Assembly (NCBI RefSeq): GCF_009914755.1
Contig: NC_060940.1
DNA from: the human T2T-CHM13v2.0 reference genome, Homo sapiens
Strand: one strand, 5' to 3'
Length of the DNA: 64,000 nucleotides
The position numbers were made by a program, and so were the translations under genes. Below, in pieces: positions 58,861 to 64,000 of this stretch; within the stretch, counting starts at the first letter, position 1; each line of letters starts with the position of its first letter. Under the pieces are notes generated by a model. It was not told the DNA's origin. It did not search any database and saw only the letters and a program-made list of their open reading frames with translations.

Positions 58861-59783
58861 TTTATTTATTTTTATTTCAATAGGTTTTTAGTTTTATCAT
58901 TTTAAGATGATCCCTGAGGCTACTGTGGGACAATGAATGGCAGGGGGCGGGAGTGGAACACGGACTCCAGGGAGAGGGATCCTGCTACCTTCAGAGTAAG
59001 GACCTGCTGGCAGCTTGGGCTGCCCCTGTTGACTTCTCCTTCCAGCCCACCCTCACTTAAGGTGAGAAGCAGAGAGCAAAGCACCCCGTTCAATCTCCCC
59101 ACCATGGGAGTCCTTCTCACTGTGCCTCCTCCTGCTTCAGTGAAGCCAGCTGAGATACAGCTGGAGGGAAGACCCTCCTGTTCACAGGTGCCCAAAGCCC
59201 CCGCTTTCCTTCAGGGAAGCAGGACACCAGCCTTGAACTGCCCAGCCTGGAAAGCAGCTTCCTGAACAAGCAGGTTTGCCTGGGGATGGTGCTGGGGCCA
59301 GTTTCCAGGGGTTTTCTGGATCACTTCTGCTCTTGGAAGCAAGCACATCGCCAACATGTGTAGGAAACATGCACGCTTTGCCCGATGCCCAGACCCCTGG
59401 CCAACTGTTAGGAAGTTGCTAGGAATGTTTCTCCCATCTTGCTAGGTCCATCTGCTTTGGATACTAGAGGAGCTCAAGCCCAAATGTCTGACTGGCTCTG
59501 TCCTCAGCCCTCTGGCTCTCCTGCCGGCTAAGGTCTCTTTGAAGACCAGATCATGGGCCTTTGGGATAGACAGGATTTAGGAAGACATGAGGAGGAATGT
59601 GGCCATTGGGAAAGCGTCTCTTGTCCAAGCCGGGTGGCACAAAATTCCCTTGGCAGGTTGTCAGGCTTGGGTTTATCAAACCAGGCTTCTGGGAGCTCCC
59701 ACTCCCTGGCCTGGCTCATGTAACCAGAGAATTTGATCTTCCATTAAAATAAATTTCTGCTCCTCATCTGGTCTCCTACATGA

Positions 59784-59797
59784 GCGCCCCCTCCTGC
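59784..59797 (-). promoter_or_regulatory. Candidate CTCF core motif
   Basis: Minus strand gcaggagggggcgc matches CCAGCAGGGGGCGC at 12 of 14 positions. Confidence 0.35.
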
Positions 59798-61896
59798 AGC
59801 TTGAAAAATATCCCTCCCCACTCTGTGCTTTTTTGAGCCAATCTTTGTATTTCTTCAATTTTTATAGCTGACCATTTTGTACGTGAACTAAGTACTAAAC
59901 AAGCATTATTATCGCTTTGTGCACAGTGCACCAGAGGCATAAATCCCACATTAACCTCATCCTAAAGAGCGGCTGAATGCATTTTAATAAATGTCCCAAA
60001 TGGTTTCAATGTCTAGTAGCCAAACGAAATAAAAAATGCACACACATTATAGGATGTTATGAACCTTTCTATCAAAAGTAATAATAAACAGACTGCTTGT
60101 TGGGCTGGGCGATTGGGTTACATTTTTAAACAGTATATTGAGAGACAAATCAAAGTAGAGCTGAGATGATTATGTGATATGATCCAGGGAGGCCCAGCAA
60201 TTTCCAGGGGTTTGCTGTGAGCAGGTAGACATCTCTCTTGCCTCTTGATACGATTTCATTCTAAGCCCTCATTCTACATGGTGCCGAGAGAAACGAGCAA
60301 ATTAAGAAATCTTTGCTGCACTCAGATATTTAATATAAGCAGCCAGATAAAGGCAGAGATGCACGTCATTTGTCAGCTGAATAAAAATTCAGATGAGGTA
60401 TTTTCCTGACGCTGTGCCAGGCACCATTAGGAAAGCATTTTATTTTCATGTGTTAGTGACGGCATGCTGCTGAGGCCAAACTTCATCAGCCTACAAGGTG
60501 TTACTTGAAGTCAAGCACAGCATGGCCTCCTATTTTGGACAGCACGTCCGGAAGACTGCCACCGGCATGGCTTTTCCTCCCCTAGATGGGATTTCCACTC
60601 TGAGAGTTTCAGAAGTTAATTAGCCATTTCAGTTATCAACCCGGAGTAGATAAAAAATAAAAAATAAAAATAAAAAAAATACCATGCCAGTGGCCTTTTT
60701 GGATGTGCAGATGTTTTGGTTTGGGCACATCTGTAGGCAATCACTCTGTGTTCTGGGCAGGCACGGTGTTTTATTATGGGATTATATGTGTAATCTTGGA
60801 TAAATAGTAGAAATTGGAGGAGTTCAGTTGGAAGACTTGTTTTCTCTCCCAGAGAGCAGTGTAAATAGCAAACCAGAAACCATTTGCTCATTATTGAAGC
60901 AATAATCTAACTTGCCAGCCTTTTCCCTTATGGCTGGACATCCGAGGTCAGTGTAAAACTCTTGGCAAGTGAGAGGCTGTGGGGTGTCAAGCCAGGAACA
61001 GGGGCCAATGACTGGGGCTTCTGCTGGGTTCTAGCAACAGCCGTTGACGCAGTTGCCCACCCTGCCACCCCTCATTGTGGTGGAAGCGGTTGCTGGTATT
61101 TGGTACCTGGCCACCAGGGAATCCGGACTGTGACTCAGTACCTCTTTGCATTGGTGGAGGGCAGCTGTCTCCCCAGGCCCGGCCAAATGTCTTCCCCACC
61201 AAGTGTGAGGAATGCTGAAAAGTGGAGGTAGCGTGGAGGCAGCCCGGGGTAATACTGATACTTTACCCCAATTCTGGTAATATATATAATGATGTTACTC
61301 AGTTTTGTTTTTCATTTCCAAAACAGATGTACCAAATCCCTGTAAACTGATCTACAGTAATGCACTTAATTTTAATCTTCAACGTTAAAAGTAAAAACTG
61401 ATCACTTAAAGCAGAAACATGTGTCACTTCACCCTCAGTTTGCAGAGGATGCAGCCTACCCCCTGTGCCTACAGCCTACCCCCTGCGCCACTGAAGGCTC
61501 TGGCTCTGCTGCTGGCCTTCTCTTGATTTTGTCCTCCTTATGACTTCTGCCCCTTCTCCTCCACCTTCAGGCTCTTCTCTCTAGGAGTCTCTCAGCCACC
61601 CAGTGTCCTCTCTGATGCCCATTACTTGCCTTGGATATTTCCCAGTACTGCTTAGCTTGTGGCTTTGGGCTACAATGAGTGAACTCTGCAAAGCATATAT
61701 CCAGTGTGGTTTGGAAAGTTAGAAAGACATGTCATCGTAGTGTTGGATTGTGGAGAGCCATTGTACGAGGCTCCCTGACCAAGACATTGGCTAAATATTA
61801 AACCAAACGGTGTGATAATGACCACACATCTTTATTCATAAATAAGGACTGGGGTACAACTTCTGAATTTTTATTTCTAGAACATGCATTGTAGCT

Positions 61897-62310
<414 letters not shown>

Positions 62311-62789
62311 TAGTGATATATCACAGCGGCTTGAAATGGTAAGATGCAGGGTAATCATTTTTCTTCTGGTGTAGACCTCAGACCTCCAGACTTTGCTCAT
62401 TATCTGCTGAGAGTGCCACACGGTGCCAGGTTTTTTTCTGAATAGCCCCTGGTGGCAGTCACTGAATGGCATGGAATTGCTGAAACTTTCATTCTTTGAC
62501 CTTGAGGTTAGGAAGACTCAAAGGCAGATGGACATCTTTTGCACTAGAGTTGGTTGGGGGGTGGGGTGGATGGAACAGACTGCCGTTGACCCTTGGGGTT
62601 GACCTCTTGGGAACAGGTGCCTGGAGACATCCCTGTAGGTGAATAAGCCCAGGCAGTAGGAAGGGCTTATTAACATGGACAAGACCAAATGTGGAGATCA
62701 GAGACAGCAGGTGCAGTGGGGGAACTGGACATTGCCGGTAGTCTTGGGGTGCTCAGCGTTAGGTGGGCGGGGGAGGAGGCTGGGGAAAT

Positions 62790-62945
62790 AGCAGGGGCCA
62801 GGTCATGAAGAGTCTGTGCTAGGCAGTCTTAGACTTTAGCCTGAGGTCAGTGGGGAGCCTCTGAAGGGACTGGTGTAAGTGACCTGTGACTTAGATCTCT
62901 TTGACAGCTTTGCAGGCAGAATTGAAGGATCAGAGACTGAGGAAG
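62790..62945 (-). mobile_element. LINE-2 fragment
   Basis: gcaggggccaggtcatgaagagtc...gactttagcctgaggtcagtggggagcctctgaagg. Confidence 0.65.
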
Positions 62946-63234
62946 AGATGTTGGCTGGTTCCTTTCAGTTCTGACATTCTGCCTTTTGCTCACCTGTGGG
63001 GATTTATGGTACTGCCTGGTCATCACATTCTGACTCAGTTTCCCTTTTTGCTCCTTGTTCTTCCCATTCCATCCCTACCTTTCTACCTGATTTTCCATCC
63101 AAGATCCGGACAACTCCCTTCCCCTTCTTGGATCCCGAACTCCTCATTTGGCCAAAATCAGGGTGCACTCTTTCCTTCAAGAATTGAATTCCATCAAGGG
63201 AAACTGCAAAGGCTGGTGCTGGACAAGGCTGGTG

Positions 63235-63395
63235 ACAGCAGGGTCTCCTGGAGGGCTAGAGAAAACACAGATTTCTGGGCTCCACCCCCAGAATTTTGGA
63301 TTCAGTGGTCTGGGGGTGAGCCTGAGGATGGAAATTTCTAACAAGCCCTCAGGTGTTTTTGATGTTGCTGGTGCAGGACCACACACTGAGTAGCA
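63235..63395. mobile_element. MER5A-like element
   Basis: aaaacacagatttctgggctccacccccagaattttggattcag...tttctaacaagccctcaggtg...gatgttgctggt...ccacacactgagtagca. Confidence 0.85.
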
Positions 63396-63914
63396 GTGAC
63401 CAGACTCTTGGTGTCTTCAGTTCCTCTTTGTCTTCACCGGTGGGTTTGGGAACCTGCAGAGGGGTGGCCAAATGTCCCTGGATGGCACAAGTGGAGACAT
63501 TTTCCCAAGGGAGCTTCAGAAATTAAATGTAGAGGTCGTGTCCTGTGTGTGAGCTGGGCTCCAGAAAGCCTGTGTACCACTCTTGGGGACAGACTTATCT
63601 CTGCTCTAACCTTACGTGGAGGGCCCACTTATTCATCCAAGAACAATACGGCGAACAAGAAATTCAATTTGGCAGGGGCACTGTCTGTTTCAGCATACTT
63701 TCTCTTAATTTAATCACCCATGCAAGAGCTTTCCAGACATTTGAATGTACGTTTTTAGAAATTTGGCTTATTTTCTCAGATATTTTCATTCTTGAACATC
63801 TGGTGGGGGATGGAGGGCAAGAGGTGGAGAGAGATGCAGTGAGATGGAGATTATTCAAATAGGGTTTGGAATGCAGATGGAAGGATTTTTGCAACATAAA
63901 GTTGTGGAGAAGAC

Positions 63915-64000
63915 ACATGTTCTGGAGCCAGGCCCAACCGGTTGGAATTCCAGCTCTGCTGCTCATTGCTGTGTGGCCCTGAGCAAGTCACCTGACCACC
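63915..64000 (+). mobile_element. MIR, cut by the window end
   Basis: tctggagccagg...gttggaattcccagctctgc...gctgtgtggccctgagcaagtcac. Confidence 0.75.

Overview
Non-coding primate genomic DNA, most likely human or great ape (AluY and an L1PA2-type 3' end are present). I see no credible protein-coding exon, RNA gene or prokaryotic system. The only ORFs with real protein homology are dead LINE-1 ORF2 and ORF1 fragments; the rest derive from Alus, microsatellites or chance. Much of the window is a mosaic of Alu, L1, L2, MIR, MaLR/ERV LTRs and hAT MER elements, broken by repeat-poor blocks that resemble developmental enhancer territory (about 14.5-23.4, 43-44, 54.6-56 and 59.8-61.5 kb). The most unusual structure is at 44.4-47.6 kb. 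A ~70-bp module (two CCAAT boxes, GC/GT box, AP-1 site, SOX-like site) is tandemly amplified about 4.5 times, and also occurs as an inverted array ~0.7 kb upstream and a direct copy ~1.9 kb downstream. A separate 72-bp, 96%-identical inverted repeat brackets a 759-bp segment between them. An AluJ also sits exactly between two copies of a ~210-bp duplication. Repeat subfamily names come from recalled consensus sequences, not from a search, and boundaries of old repeats are approximate. The locus cannot be identified from the sequence alone.
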